This document shows positions 36,885-48,447 of a stretch of DNA of 64,000 bases, one piece after another. The stretch's first letter is position 1. Each line of letters opens with the position of its first letter. Origin of the DNA: Parcubacteria group bacterium 21-54-25 (GTDB lineage: Bacteria > Patescibacteriota > Minisyncoccia > Phycocordibacterales > Phycocordibacteraceae); assembly GCA_002255585.1 (NCBI GenBank), contig NCBJ01000001.1, positions 49,987 to 113,986 on the forward strand, given 5' to 3'. The notes beneath the pieces are model-generated. The model had not been told where the DNA came from. It ran no database searches and worked only from the letters and a program-made list of their open reading frames with translations. A program made the translations under genes and the position numbers.

Positions 36885-37574
36885 TTAGGAAATTGTCGTT
36901 CCAATAAAAGGTGTGCCAGCCAGATAGTGCTCAAACCGATCAAGATGCGCGCCATTGATCACCGCAACCTCTAGCCCGAGCATCTCAGCTTCTTTTGCGG
37001 CGATGGGATCAAAGGGCGCAGAAAGGCCCGGGTCCCATGTTGTGGGGATGAGGGAGCGAAACCGATTCCATGTCATCCGCTCAATTGGCTGCGCATCTGG
37101 GTTAATTTTCGGGTCGTGTTCGTACACGTAGTCAATGTTTGAAAGGTTCACGAGCCGTTTCGCGCCGAGCGTTTTCGCTGCCGTTACCGCACAATAATCC
37201 GTAGACCAGCCGGGCTCAGTGCCCGCACCTATGATAATCGGTTCGGTTGCTTCAATGCGCACCGTGGGATCTTTCATGATGCGCGAGTACGATTGCTCGC
37301 GAAAAATCGTACGCAGGAGGTGCGCATTCAGGCGTGTCGCGTGGATACCAAGCCAGTCGAGGTCATTTCGCGGCAAATCTCCGTGCACTTCGCGCGCGGC
37401 TTCCTGATAGCGGCGTGCGGTTTTACCCCCGCCGGCAATAATGAAAAAAGAGAGACCCTGCTCAATACCGCGCAGGACACACGCGCGCAATGCAACAAGA
37501 AAACCAACCGCAATCCCATCGGGTACGATAAGTGATCCACCAACGGACACAACGACACGTTTTGAAGTGCTCAT
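36885..37574 (-). CDS. Amino-acid-kinase-family protein, UMP kinase (PyrH)-like, archaeal type
   Basis: RVVVSVGGSLIVPDG and FFIIAGGGKTARRY motifs are characteristic of carbamate/UMP kinase-fold enzymes. Confidence 0.55.
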   Translation of the reverse strand: MSTSKRVVVSVGGSLIVPDGIAVGFLVALRACVLRGIEQGLSFFIIAGGGKTARRYQEAAREVHGDLPRNDLDWLGIHATRLNAHLLRTIFREQSYSRIMKDPTVRIEATEPIIIGAGTEPGWSTDYCAVTAAKTLGAKRLVNLSNIDYVYEHDPKINPDAQPIERMTWNRFRSLIPTTWDPGLSAPFDPIAAKEAEMLGLEVAVINGAHLDRFEHYLAGTPFIGTTIS

Positions 37575-37746
37575 AGCTGCATAGAGTAAGCAAGGTGACG
37601 GCTGTTCCCACTATACGTGGCTCCTCACGCAAGCACAACGATGACACTAAAGCGGTTGTGTGTTATTCGCACCACCGTTTATACACAAGTACTATTTTTT
37701 GCTGTCGTTGGCGTGGTACGCTGTATCTATAAATGCACCATACGCT

Positions 37747-38616
37747 ATGAGCTCGTTTCGCGAATTGTATACGCAGCATAAAAAAGAAGTGCTTGTGTGG
37801 GGGGCGCTTATCGTCGTTGCCATAATTGTTGCTATTGCCCTTGGCGTGACGCAATTAACTACGCGCGGCCCGTCCGACGGTTTTGCCGCGTGGCGCGCAG
37901 CACTCATTAAAGACACGACGACCGTGAGCGGCACGGTTACGCGCATTAGCACGACCACGCCAGATTCCGGCACCATTACCCTCGCCACCACCCTCATTGA
38001 CCTACAAGACCCTTCGCTCCGAAGTGCATACGACCGCTTGCTGGTGGCACGTCGCCTCGGCGGCGCTGGTGGCCCCTCGCCGCTGGGCCCCTTCTCTCTG
38101 CCACGGAAAAAAGTAACGCTCGCCATCGCTTTTAGCACGGCCACAAAATTCAATGCGAAAGCACTAAGCGGCATTCACTCGGGAGACATTGTCGGTATCG
38201 ATCTCACCGGTAGCGCGTACGCAACGAGCACACCGCTCACCGCGCGCACGGTAACCTACATAAATCCCATACAGCAGGCAATTACCGCGGAAACGCAATC
38301 AGCGCTCGGCAACACGCACGAGCTCTTTGGCACCGTGACGGCCGTCAATCACACCAGCGCGGGCACCGTACTTTCCGTGCGGGCAAAAGTGGTTGATCAA
38401 GCAAAACTTGCCACAACCCTCAAAACAAATGTCGCCACCTCTTCGTATGCCTACACCGTACCGTACGTAGAAAAACCATACACCGTCACCGTACCCGCCT
38501 CAGCAACAGTCACCGGCACCTTCGCCGTGGGCACTCTTGTGTGTGTTTCCGCGACCGAAAGTATTTACAGCACCAGCCGCCTTACCGCAAGCGCACTGAC
38601 CGTTTTGTCTCCATAA
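37747..38616 (+). CDS. Membrane-anchored hypothetical protein
   Basis: ORF 37660-38616. The probable start is MSSFRELY, followed by TM helix VLVWGALIVVAIIVAIALG. The rest is Thr/Ala-rich with no domain recognised. Confidence 0.45.
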   Translation: MSSFRELYTQHKKEVLVWGALIVVAIIVAIALGVTQLTTRGPSDGFAAWRAALIKDTTTVSGTVTRISTTTPDSGTITLATTLIDLQDPSLRSAYDRLLVARRLGGAGGPSPLGPFSLPRKKVTLAIAFSTATKFNAKALSGIHSGDIVGIDLTGSAYATSTPLTARTVTYINPIQQAITAETQSALGNTHELFGTVTAVNHTSAGTVLSVRAKVVDQAKLATTLKTNVATSSYAYTVPYVEKPYTVTVPASATVTGTFAVGTLVCVSATESIYSTSRLTASALTVLSP

Positions 38617-38619
38617 ATT

Positions 38620-41178
38620 ATGAAACACTCTCTCGCACAACATCTGTTTTCGTACACAGCGCGCGCGGCGGTACTATCGCTCGCCGCCCTTTTTGTTGGG
38701 TACGCCCTCATTTCTCCCGCAGTCTCCCACGCTGCGGTGCCCGGCTCGCTCGGGGCACCAACTTGGACAGCAACAAACCCAGCTGTTCATGGTGGTGGCC
38801 ATACAGTAGCTAATGGGAATTATTTATACTCTGGCGCGACAAATTTCATAAGCGGTCCTTTTGGCGGCACCTGGTATATTGAAAAGCGAAATAAAACAGG
38901 AGTACTTGACTGGAGTATCAATGAATCCCTCCCCTCTGCTCTTCCTTGTTGGGGAGGAGGAACGAGTAATAATGAATGCAATATCCTCACTGACATCGCC
39001 GTCGGAAATAATTTTGTATATGTTGTTGGAATGCGTTATGTGTATCCTCGCACAGACGGTGCCGGATATGAAATGCTGCGAGTGGAAAAACGCAGTAAAT
39101 CCACAGGACAACTACTGGCCGCCGTAGATTATGGTCCACCGTACGGGAGTCACTTCTACAACGCAGCGGCTTATAGCGTTGCTGTTGGAACAAATAATTT
39201 ATACGTAGGAGGAGGACAGAATGCTATAGGGTCGTTCGGTCCAGCAAGCGTGGTAGTTCTTAAAATAAATAAGGTAAATTTCCTCTACACGGCGCATGTT
39301 CTACCTACATCAGGCGGTACAACAGGGGCGATACCAGTGTATATATCTCTTGATGGGAATAATATTTATCTCGCCAGCGAGAATGGCAGCTTCACAACCA
39401 CCCTTGTCCAGGGATGGAAGAAGGATTTTTCTAGCCAGATACTTACCCAATCAATATCAGCACCACCTGGGTCGTCTTACTCTGAACCAACAGCAATATT
39501 GGCCTTTGGTAATCTCCTATACATCGGCTGGTTGTACGCCCCACCAGGGGGATCGGGCACAGGTCCATTTTGGGTTCTTTCTATCTTAGACAAGAACACA
39601 GGCACAACTATAGCAACTAGAAATTCGGGTGGTGCATACGGCTCTATTTCCGGGATAAGCACGAACGGAAGCAATATATACGTTTCGTATAACTTCTTCG
39701 TAACGACAGGTTTATTTACTTCCTCAAGTAACGGGTACCGCATCGAGGCGTACCCCGTAAATGGAACGGCCCCTTCTTGGTCACAAAATTATCTTACCCC
39801 ATCAATTTCAATTGGTCCTCCGGCAGTAGACGCCACCAACGCATTCGTTCCAGGAAGTGAGGAACCTCTTGGGAGTCCAATACAATTTTATCTCCAAGAC
39901 CTACCCATCATCCCCTCTGCCTCTCCCCCAACCCCCAGTATAAATTTTGCCCCTTCGCCGCCGCCAAGTGGGAAAATAAACTGGTCATGTAATGGCAACG
40001 GTTCAAATATCACGTCTGTGACGATAGTTGACCCAAGCGGCGCGACAGCATACTCAAGCTCTCCCAATCTGCCTTTTGTAAGCGGGAGTTACACACCGAC
40101 AACGTCCGGCACCTACACACTCACCTGCACGAGCCCCGGCGGTCCCGCCACAGCTCCCGTTACTGTTCCGGCTCTTTCACTTCCTGATCTAACCGCTGGT
40201 GGCATTACACCCACAAACGCAACAGTTGGCACACCCATTACGCTTCAGGCAACTATCACCAACCAAGGCGCCGCATCAACCGGCGCGCCGTTCACTGACC
40301 TCTTCCAATCAGCAACGCAAATAACCCCATCATTAGTAGGGGTCACAGGCATAGGAACAGCTCCATCGCCCACTCTTGCTGCCGGACAGTCACAACCCGC
40401 AACACTCTCCCATACCTTCTCCTCGGCAGGAGCTATATATGTGCGCGCCTGTGCTGACAGCACCGATCTCATCCCCGAATCAAACGAAAACAACAACTGC
40501 GGTGCATGGACACCAGTCACGGTGTCCGCGGCTGTGCCCGTTGTCGCTGGCGTCTGTGCCACGACGCATTACCAATGCACCACTCCTAGCTCCAGCACAA
40601 ATCACGGTAGTGGCGTTAGTGCGTGGACATGGTCCTGTCCGGGAACGGGTGGTGGAAGCACCGCATCATGTTTTCAACCAAAGCCGACCGCGGGCATTTG
40701 TGGCGTAACACACTACAGTTGTATTGCGGGTACGAGCATAAATGATACTGCCAGTGGCAGCGGTTGGACATGGTCCTGCCAAGGAGTGGGCGGTGGAAGT
40801 ACCTCGTCATGTTCTGAAGCCCCCACCATCACCAGCGGCACCCTCACCGCCATACCCATCATGGTGCCGCGGGGCATCGCCATCAACGCCACCTTCAACT
40901 GGTCGCTTTCGGGTGCCGGTGTCACAAGTATCGGCAGCAATGTCTGCCAGATTTGGCAGCAAGAGGGCTCGACGAATACGGTCGTTGACCCCGCTGGCTT
41001 CAGCGGTGGTTCCGGCGGCTTCACCCTCCCCACACTAACCGGCTCCATCACGACACCCATAACACTCAATCACCAAGCACTCTACAACATCGAATGCAGC
41101 GTCAGTGGCGGTAGCAGCACCTCAGTCTCCGGTGCCAACACCCTCATCAACCTGATACCGCAGTACTCGGGGTTTTAG
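38620..41178 (+). CDS. Large secreted protein (852 aa) with repeated Cys-containing C-terminal modules
   Basis: Signal peptide ...AALFVGYALISPAVSHA. C-terminal tandem modules (about 45 aa) GVCATTHYQCTTPSSSTNHGSGVSAWTWSCPGTGGGSTASCFQ / GICGVTHYSCIAGTSINDTASGSGWTWSCQGVGGGSTSSCSE. Confidence 0.6.
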   Translation: MKHSLAQHLFSYTARAAVLSLAALFVGYALISPAVSHAAVPGSLGAPTWTATNPAVHGGGHTVANGNYLYSGATNFISGPFGGTWYIEKRNKTGVLDWSINESLPSALPCWGGGTSNNECNILTDIAVGNNFVYVVGMRYVYPRTDGAGYEMLRVEKRSKSTGQLLAAVDYGPPYGSHFYNAAAYSVAVGTNNLYVGGGQNAIGSFGPASVVVLKINKVNFLYTAHVLPTSGGTTGAIPVYISLDGNNIYLASENGSFTTTLVQGWKKDFSSQILTQSISAPPGSSYSEPTAILAFGNLLYIGWLYAPPGGSGTGPFWVLSILDKNTGTTIATRNSGGAYGSISGISTNGSNIYVSYNFFVTTGLFTSSSNGYRIEAYPVNGTAPSWSQNYLTPSISIGPPAVDATNAFVPGSEEPLGSPIQFYLQDLPIIPSASPPTPSINFAPSPPPSGKINWSCNGNGSNITSVTIVDPSGATAYSSSPNLPFVSGSYTPTTSGTYTLTCTSPGGPATAPVTVPALSLPDLTAGGITPTNATVGTPITLQATITNQGAASTGAPFTDLFQSATQITPSLVGVTGIGTAPSPTLAAGQSQPATLSHTFSSAGAIYVRACADSTDLIPESNENNNCGAWTPVTVSAAVPVVAGVCATTHYQCTTPSSSTNHGSGVSAWTWSCPGTGGGSTASCFQPKPTAGICGVTHYSCIAGTSINDTASGSGWTWSCQGVGGGSTSSCSEAPTITSGTLTAIPIMVPRGIAINATFNWSLSGAGVTSIGSNVCQIWQQEGSTNTVVDPAGFSGGSGGFTLPTLTGSITTPITLNHQALYNIECSVSGGSSTSVSGANTLINLIPQYSGF

Positions 41179-41224
41179 GGGCGGGGTGGTGAGCGGAACG
41201 ACTCAAAACGCGGCGCGCGGCGTA

Positions 41225-41253
41225 TTGACGGGAACACGGTGAAAAGGTACCAT
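41225..41253 (+). promoter_or_regulatory. Candidate promoter upstream of 16S rRNA (TTGACG-17 nt-TACCAT)
   Basis: Sequence match only. Confidence 0.25.
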
Positions 41254-41399
41254 AGCGGAACCGCTCTTGGGGCGGTTTTAGTTTCTTTGAAAGACTGGGT
41301 TTCGATAAAAAAGATGCACTCGAGTCGCATCTCGGAACCCTCCATAGCAGTAGATAGAACGTAAAAGTTCTAATGTGTTCTATTGCGTTCCGCCTATTC

Positions 41400-42857
<1,458 letters not shown>

Positions 42858-43166
42858 TGGAATTGATGTCTCCGAAAGAGCATCTTGTCGATCATTAGAC
42901 CTAGTCTAATGGGGAGATAGCACTTGTCCCTACACAGTGCTCGGACGCCGGAACCCCGTTACCGGTATCCCGTTGAGCGCCTCAATTGAGCGCTCAAGGG
43001 ATGAATAGGCGGAACGCAAGAGAACACATGACAAGAAACCCGCGCAGCTCTGCTGCGCGGGTTTCTTGCTGCGTCTGTGTGAGCGCGGATTTCTGGCTGG
43101 TATCTGTATGGTCACAAATGCGCTGGCAGCGTAAAGGAATATCTGTTAGTATCGCAAAACGTACGC

Positions 43167-43240
43167 GCGAGTGTAGCTCAGGTGGTTAGAGCACTCCCCT
43201 GATAAGGGAGAGGCCCCAGGTTCGAGTCCTGGCACTCGCA
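43167..43240 (+). tRNA. tRNA-Ile (anticodon GAT)
   Basis: Acceptor GCGAGTG/CACTCGC. D-arm GCTCAGGTGGTTAGAGC. Anticodon loop CTGATAA. T-arm CCAGGTTCGAGTCCTGG. CCA is not encoded. Confidence 0.9.
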
Positions 43241-43308
43241 CACTTTCTGTGTTATAGTTTTCTCGGATCAGAAACGCCGCGCACGCGGCATAAAAAGGGA
43301 GACTGCAC

Positions 43309-43902
43309 ATGAAGCGGGAACAGCAACAGCAAGGGTCGTTCACCGGCCCCGTTCTATTGGCACGCGCGCTGTACGAGTGTCGAGACACACGAGAGTGCGC
43401 ACAGGAGCTTGTCAATCTGCGCGGCGCACTCGACGCGCACGCGCGGTTCTTGTTGAGCCACGCCACCTTCGATTCAGCGGCCGAGGTTGCCGTAGTCGCA
43501 GAAGTACTGTTCTGGATCGCCGTTCAGGATGTCGCCGCACTCACCGAGGGCGAGGGGAAACAGCTCCTTCACCGCGCGCGCGGGCTCTGCACAAAAGGGA
43601 TTGCTCTTTCGGATCGTGCGGAAGAGACGAACCACCTTGTGACCGCACGGTGTTACATCACACGTGCGGCCGTGTACCTCGTGGAAGGCAACGGAGTCGC
43701 GGCACGGCGTAACCTCGACGGCGCCATTTTTCATGCACCGCGCATTCAGGACCCAGAGTCTCGGGCGCTGGCGTACGAGAAGATTGCGTACGTCATCGAG
43801 TATGATGGCAGTCTACTCGGTGTCCCTTTTGGGAACCTACGGGCTTTGTTGCTTCGGCTTAGGGCGGGGTTCACGCACTGGGCTCCGCGTCGTCCAGCGT
43901 AG
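43309..43902 (+). CDS. Hypothetical protein (197 aa)
   Basis: Good SD AAAGGGAGA upstream of the ATG. Followed by terminator AGGCCCGCACTTGCGGGCCTTTTT (43917-43941). No domain recognised. Confidence 0.5.
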   Translation: MKREQQQQGSFTGPVLLARALYECRDTRECAQELVNLRGALDAHARFLLSHATFDSAAEVAVVAEVLFWIAVQDVAALTEGEGKQLLHRARGLCTKGIALSDRAEETNHLVTARCYITRAAVYLVEGNGVAARRNLDGAIFHAPRIQDPESRALAYEKIAYVIEYDGSLLGVPFGNLRALLLRLRAGFTHWAPRRPA

Positions 43903-43916
43903 CAGTCTTTCTTTCA

Positions 43917-43941
43917 GGCCCGCACTTGCGGGCCTTTTTGT
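43917..43941 (+). terminator. Rho-independent terminator
   Basis: GGCCCGCACTTGCGGGCC followed by TTTTT. Confidence 0.7.
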
Positions 43942-43992
43942 TATCCACGCACGCCTATCTGAGAGCACGCAAACACTTGCTATACTTCTTAT

Positions 43993-44475
43993 ATGAATAA
44001 AGATATCGCGATACTTGGGGGCCTTGCACTGCTTGCGTTTGTCGTAGGCGGCAGTATATTTTTCTTCGGATTAAAGACAACGAATACGTCATTGCCGGTT
44101 TCAGTAATTGCGCAAGGAACGAACGCGTCTGTTCTAACGCGCAGTAATTACGTTATCAAGAACGAGAGTGACTGGCAGCAATTCAAGACGCTCTTTGATG
44201 GCACCAGCGGCTCCCCGCTCCCTACGATTGATTTTTCGAAAGAACAAGCGCTCGCTGTTTTTGCTGGAGCGGAGCCGACCGGGGGGTATCGCATAGAAGT
44301 CTCGAAGATAACCGATTCCACACAGAAACGAACGATTGACGTTACCATCTCTACGCCAGGCCCCCACTGCACGGTCACACAGGCGCAGACAAGCCCATAC
44401 GAGATTGTGGTCGTTCCAGCCACTTCGCTGCCGCTTATGCACGTTGATACAACCAAGGTGTCCTCGTGCCAATAG
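43993..44475 (+). CDS. Membrane-anchored hypothetical protein (160 aa)
   Basis: N-terminal TM helix ILGGLALLAFVVGGSIFFF, then an extracytoplasmic domain with two Cys. Confidence 0.5.
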   Translation: MNKDIAILGGLALLAFVVGGSIFFFGLKTTNTSLPVSVIAQGTNASVLTRSNYVIKNESDWQQFKTLFDGTSGSPLPTIDFSKEQALAVFAGAEPTGGYRIEVSKITDSTQKRTIDVTISTPGPHCTVTQAQTSPYEIVVVPATSLPLMHVDTTKVSSCQ

Positions 44476-44586
44476 TCTTTCGCGCGGCTGACGTAATGCG
44501 AGCGATACCCGGGCGCGCATAGCAGCCCTTTCTCCGCCTCTTTTTCTTTTATCGCAGCACCCGCTTTTCTGGTATCCTCTACGCAC

Positions 44587-45903
44587 ATGGACGCCTCTTC
44601 ATTTTTCCGTGGTAAGAACATAACCCTCATGCGTGTCGGGCTCCTTGGGCGAGGAGTGAAAGATGCGGCGTACCTGGCCCAATGTGGTGCTACGGTGCTT
44701 GTGGTGGACGATGCCCCGCAGGCGGTGATGCAGCCCTCTGTAGATGCTCTCCAGAAGTATCCAAATATTTCTTTCAAGTTCGGCTCATACGATCTGCACG
44801 ATTTTCGAACGTGCGACATGGTCTTGAAAGGTGCTGGCGTAGCACTCAACTCTCCGGAAATTGCTGAAGCGAAGAAAAACGGTATTCCTGTGCGCATGAG
44901 CGCGGATCTTTTCATGGAGCTCGCTGGCATACCGGTTATCGGCGTGACCGGCACGCGCGGCAAGTCGACGGTTACGCACATGCTCGAAGCGATACTCAAG
45001 GCGGCAGGAAAGAAAGTGCTCTTAGGCGGCAACGTGCGCGGTATTTCCACGCTCGCACTTCTGCCAGAGACCACCCCAGAGCACGTTGCCGTGCTCGAGC
45101 TCGATTCCTGGCAGTGCCAGGGGCTGGGTGAAGCAGCGCTCTCGCCGCACATTGCGGTCTTTACGACGTTCTATCCCGATCACCTCAATTATTATAAAGA
45201 TGACCCCGGCCAATACCTTGCCGACAAATCCAACATCTTTTTGTACCAAGACCCGGACGACACCCTGGTGACCGGGAGTCAGTGCGCGCCCACGCTCATC
45301 GAAGCGTATGGTGAACACATCATCTCGCACATGATGATTGCCGACGACAAAAAACTACCGACAGACTGGACACTCACGGTTCCAGGCGCACACAATCGCT
45401 ACAATGCCGGTATTGCGCTTGTTGCGGCTCGCGCGATGGGTATTGGTGACGAAACAAGTCGTCGCCCGCTCGCTGCGTTTGCGGGAGTGCCAGGCCGGCT
45501 GGAACTTGTCGCGGAGAAAGGTGACATTCGCTACTACAACGACACCACCGCCACCACGCCCGAAGCCACGCTCGCGGCACTCGCGGCGCTTGGTGCCGAT
45601 CATACCGTGCTTATCATGGGTGGGGCCGATAAAGGACTTGACATGAGCAAGCTCCTCGCCAAGCTTCCGGAAGTGAAAAAAGTCGTGTTGCTTGCGGGCA
45701 CAGGTACCGACCGTGTGCACAGCGAACTGCCCGACGCGCCGATGCACGACTCACTTGAAAACGCGCTTGCCGACGCGCGCGCCCACGCCGCACCCGGCGA
45801 CGCTATTCTCCTTTCGCCCGCATTCGCTTCGTTTGGCATGTTCAAAAATGAATTCGACCGCGGTGACCAATTCACGGCGCTCGCGAAAGGATATGGTGAA
45901 TAA
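44587..45903 (+). CDS. murD: UDP-N-acetylmuramoyl-L-alanine--D-glutamate ligase
   Basis: Mur ligase motifs GVTGTRGKSTVTHM and the central DSWQCQG region. Lies upstream of murI and murC. The MurC-specific GIGMS motif is absent here and present in the 47072 gene. Confidence 0.75.
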   Translation: MDASSFFRGKNITLMRVGLLGRGVKDAAYLAQCGATVLVVDDAPQAVMQPSVDALQKYPNISFKFGSYDLHDFRTCDMVLKGAGVALNSPEIAEAKKNGIPVRMSADLFMELAGIPVIGVTGTRGKSTVTHMLEAILKAAGKKVLLGGNVRGISTLALLPETTPEHVAVLELDSWQCQGLGEAALSPHIAVFTTFYPDHLNYYKDDPGQYLADKSNIFLYQDPDDTLVTGSQCAPTLIEAYGEHIISHMMIADDKKLPTDWTLTVPGAHNRYNAGIALVAARAMGIGDETSRRPLAAFAGVPGRLELVAEKGDIRYYNDTTATTPEATLAALAALGADHTVLIMGGADKGLDMSKLLAKLPEVKKVVLLAGTGTDRVHSELPDAPMHDSLENALADARAHAAPGDAILLSPAFASFGMFKNEFDRGDQFTALAKGYGE

Positions 45904-46309
45904 CGTACGGTCACAGTATGCAGGGGGCTTTTTCTATGATGCGGATGCAAAGACGGTTTTGCTTCACCTTCGAGACACACACACAACTTTCGCGCCTGGG
46001 AAGTGGGCGTTCTTTGGGGGGTTGTGTGAAGACAAGGAGACGCCTGAGGATTGTTTTTTGCGTGAACTTCGTGAGGAGCTCGGTGTCGAAGTGGATACTG
46101 AGAAAGTCGTGCACCTTCGTTCGTATTTGAATGAGGAACCCAAAACCGATAGACACGTATTTTATACAACGAAGAGCGTGTCCGTCTCGGCGCTCGTTCT
46201 AAACGAGGGTGCTGGATTTGGCTGGATTTCTTTAGGCAATGTTTTTTCGTATGATCTTTCTGACTATACGCGAAGTGACCTCGAGTTTTTCGTCACACAA
46301 ATACAATGA
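45893..46309 (+). CDS. NUDIX hydrolase (138 aa)
   Basis: Nudix box GGLCEDKETPEDCFLRELREELGV. The start ATGGTGAATAA overlaps the murD stop. Confidence 0.65.
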   Translation: MVNNVRSQYAGGFFYDADAKTVLLHLRDTHTTFAPGKWAFFGGLCEDKETPEDCFLRELREELGVEVDTEKVVHLRSYLNEEPKTDRHVFYTTKSVSVSALVLNEGAGFGWISLGNVFSYDLSDYTRSDLEFFVTQIQ

Positions 46310-47067
46310 TAGGCATTTTTGACTCTGGCTCGGGAGGGCTTTCGGTGCTGCGTGCAATTCGTACGCGTATGCCATCAGCCAACGTGCTGTACTTTGGCGA
46401 CATCAAAAACGCGCCGTATGGCGAGAAAACGCAAGAGGAGCTCTCGGCGCTCACGGTACACGCCATGCAATTTCTCCAATCGAACGGAGCAGAGAGCATT
46501 GTTTCGGCGTGTAACAGCGTCTCGGCATCACTCGCAGTTTCGCTCTTCGACGCACTCAATTTGGCCAGCGACCGGCTCATAGAAATGGTGGGGCCGACGG
46601 TGAGTCATTTTCGAGCGAGCGATAAACGCGTGCTCTTATGCGCGACGCCCGCGACCGTGCGCTCCGGCATTTACCAGAATGGTTTTCGTATGGTGGGAAG
46701 GGAGCTGACGGCGGTGGCCATCCCCGCGCTTGCTGGTGCGATAGAGTTTGGTGCGGGAGATGTGGAGTACGAGCGTATCATTCGTGAAGCGTTTTCGGAC
46801 GTGCCGTTCGATGCTTTCGACACGCTTGTGCTCGGATGCACGCACTATCCGCTCGTATTGCCGGTTTTTGAGCGCGTACTTGGTGAGTCGGTGCAGATTT
46901 TTGATCCGGCAGACGCGGTGGCTGCGCGCGTTGAGAAGCAACTCTGGCCGCGCGAGGTAGGGGACGGGAGGTTACAATTTGTAATCTCAAAAGACTCTGC
47001 GCCATTTCGCGCGCGTATCAAAGAGTTGTTCCCAGAAAGCATCGCGGCGATCGAAGTGGTACAGTAG
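46306..47067 (+). CDS. murI: Glutamate racemase
   Basis: IGIFDSGSGGLSVL N-terminal signature. Second catalytic region LVLGCTHYPL. Confidence 0.85.
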   Translation: MIGIFDSGSGGLSVLRAIRTRMPSANVLYFGDIKNAPYGEKTQEELSALTVHAMQFLQSNGAESIVSACNSVSASLAVSLFDALNLASDRLIEMVGPTVSHFRASDKRVLLCATPATVRSGIYQNGFRMVGRELTAVAIPALAGAIEFGAGDVEYERIIREAFSDVPFDAFDTLVLGCTHYPLVLPVFERVLGESVQIFDPADAVAARVEKQLWPREVGDGRLQFVISKDSAPFRARIKELFPESIAAIEVVQ

Positions 47068-47071
47068 CTCC

Positions 47072-48388
47072 ATGACGTTGCAGGGTATAAAAAAAGCTCA
47101 TTTCGTTGGGGTCGGTGGCATTGGCATGAGCGCATTGGCGCAGCTTTTTGCGCACGAAGGCATTGTCGTGTCTGGCTCAGACCAGACCGCTTCACCAACT
47201 ACTGATTTACTTGCCAAAAAAGGGGTTGCAGTATCGTTTATACAGTCCGCGGAGAACGTACCAGAGGATATTGACGTGCTTGTGTACAGCGACGCGGTGG
47301 CTGATGGTTCCGAAGGGTTCCCACAGCGCATACGAGCGAGAGAGCGTGGCGTGCCGGAGTTTTCGTTATTCCAAATGCTTGGCATGGTTTCTGCGGGGAA
47401 GCGCACGATCGCAATTGCTGGCACGCACGGCAAGACGACTACGACGGGCATGCTTGCGAAGATTCTTGTCGATGCAGGGGTAGACCCTACTGTGGTAGTG
47501 GGGAGTATCGTGAAAGATTTCGAGAGCAACTATGTTGCAGGAAGTTCGGACTGGTTCGTGGTCGAGGCGTGTGAGTATCACGACCACCTGCTTGAGCTCT
47601 CGCCCGAGGTGCTTGTCATCAATAACTTGGAATGGGATCACACGGATTACTTTCCGTCTCTCGAAGCACTGCAGGAGACCTTTCGCAGGGCGATTGCAAA
47701 AGTGCCGGCGCACGGTGCCATCGTAACTGACCCGCATAACCCAACCATTGCAGCGCTTCTCTCGTCAGCGGTGGCACACGTCATCGACTATATGGAAGCG
47801 GGAAGGTCTAACCTTCCCACGGGTGCATATGAGCTTACGCTGCCTGGGGAGTTTAACCAAAACAATGCACGCGCCGCAGCCGCGGCCGCCCGCCGCGTTT
47901 CGGCAGATAGCACCGCAGAATCCATCGCTACCGCACTGGCGGATTTCCACGGCACCTGGCGTCGGTTTGAATACAAAGGCACAACCGAGAATGGCGCGGA
48001 TGTGTACGACGACTATGCGCATCATCCGACTGCCGTGCGCGAAACCATTCACGCGCTTCGCGCAAAAACAGCAGGGAAGATGTTCATTGCATTCCATCCG
48101 CATCTTTACAGTCGCACGCGCGATCTACTCGAAGATTTCGCTACGGCGTTTGCCGGTGCTAATGACGTCATCATCGCACCTATTTACGCGGCGCGAGAAC
48201 ATGATGACGGCACCATTTCCAATCGCATACTTGCCGAGCGCATCGCTGCGACTGGCGTGCACGCACACACACTCGAAACATTTGACGACATCACCGCATA
48301 CCTGAACGTGCATGCAAAGAAAGGCGACACCGTGATGACTATGGGCGCGGGCGATATTTACAAAGTGGCAAATCAGCTCGTAGCCTGA
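47072..48388 (+). CDS. murC: UDP-N-acetylmuramate--L-alanine ligase
   Basis: HFVGVGGIGMSALAQLF is the MurC N-terminal signature. IAIAGTHGKTTTTGM is the Mur ligase P-loop. Confidence 0.85.
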   Translation: MTLQGIKKAHFVGVGGIGMSALAQLFAHEGIVVSGSDQTASPTTDLLAKKGVAVSFIQSAENVPEDIDVLVYSDAVADGSEGFPQRIRARERGVPEFSLFQMLGMVSAGKRTIAIAGTHGKTTTTGMLAKILVDAGVDPTVVVGSIVKDFESNYVAGSSDWFVVEACEYHDHLLELSPEVLVINNLEWDHTDYFPSLEALQETFRRAIAKVPAHGAIVTDPHNPTIAALLSSAVAHVIDYMEAGRSNLPTGAYELTLPGEFNQNNARAAAAAARRVSADSTAESIATALADFHGTWRRFEYKGTTENGADVYDDYAHHPTAVRETIHALRAKTAGKMFIAFHPHLYSRTRDLLEDFATAFAGANDVIIAPIYAAREHDDGTISNRILAERIAATGVHAHTLETFDDITAYLNVHAKKGDTVMTMGAGDIYKVANQLVA

Positions 48389-48447
48389 GGTACAAAAAGA
48401 CATTGCGGCTCCTTTTCACGGTGCATACTTGGTAGTACAGTAGCGAT

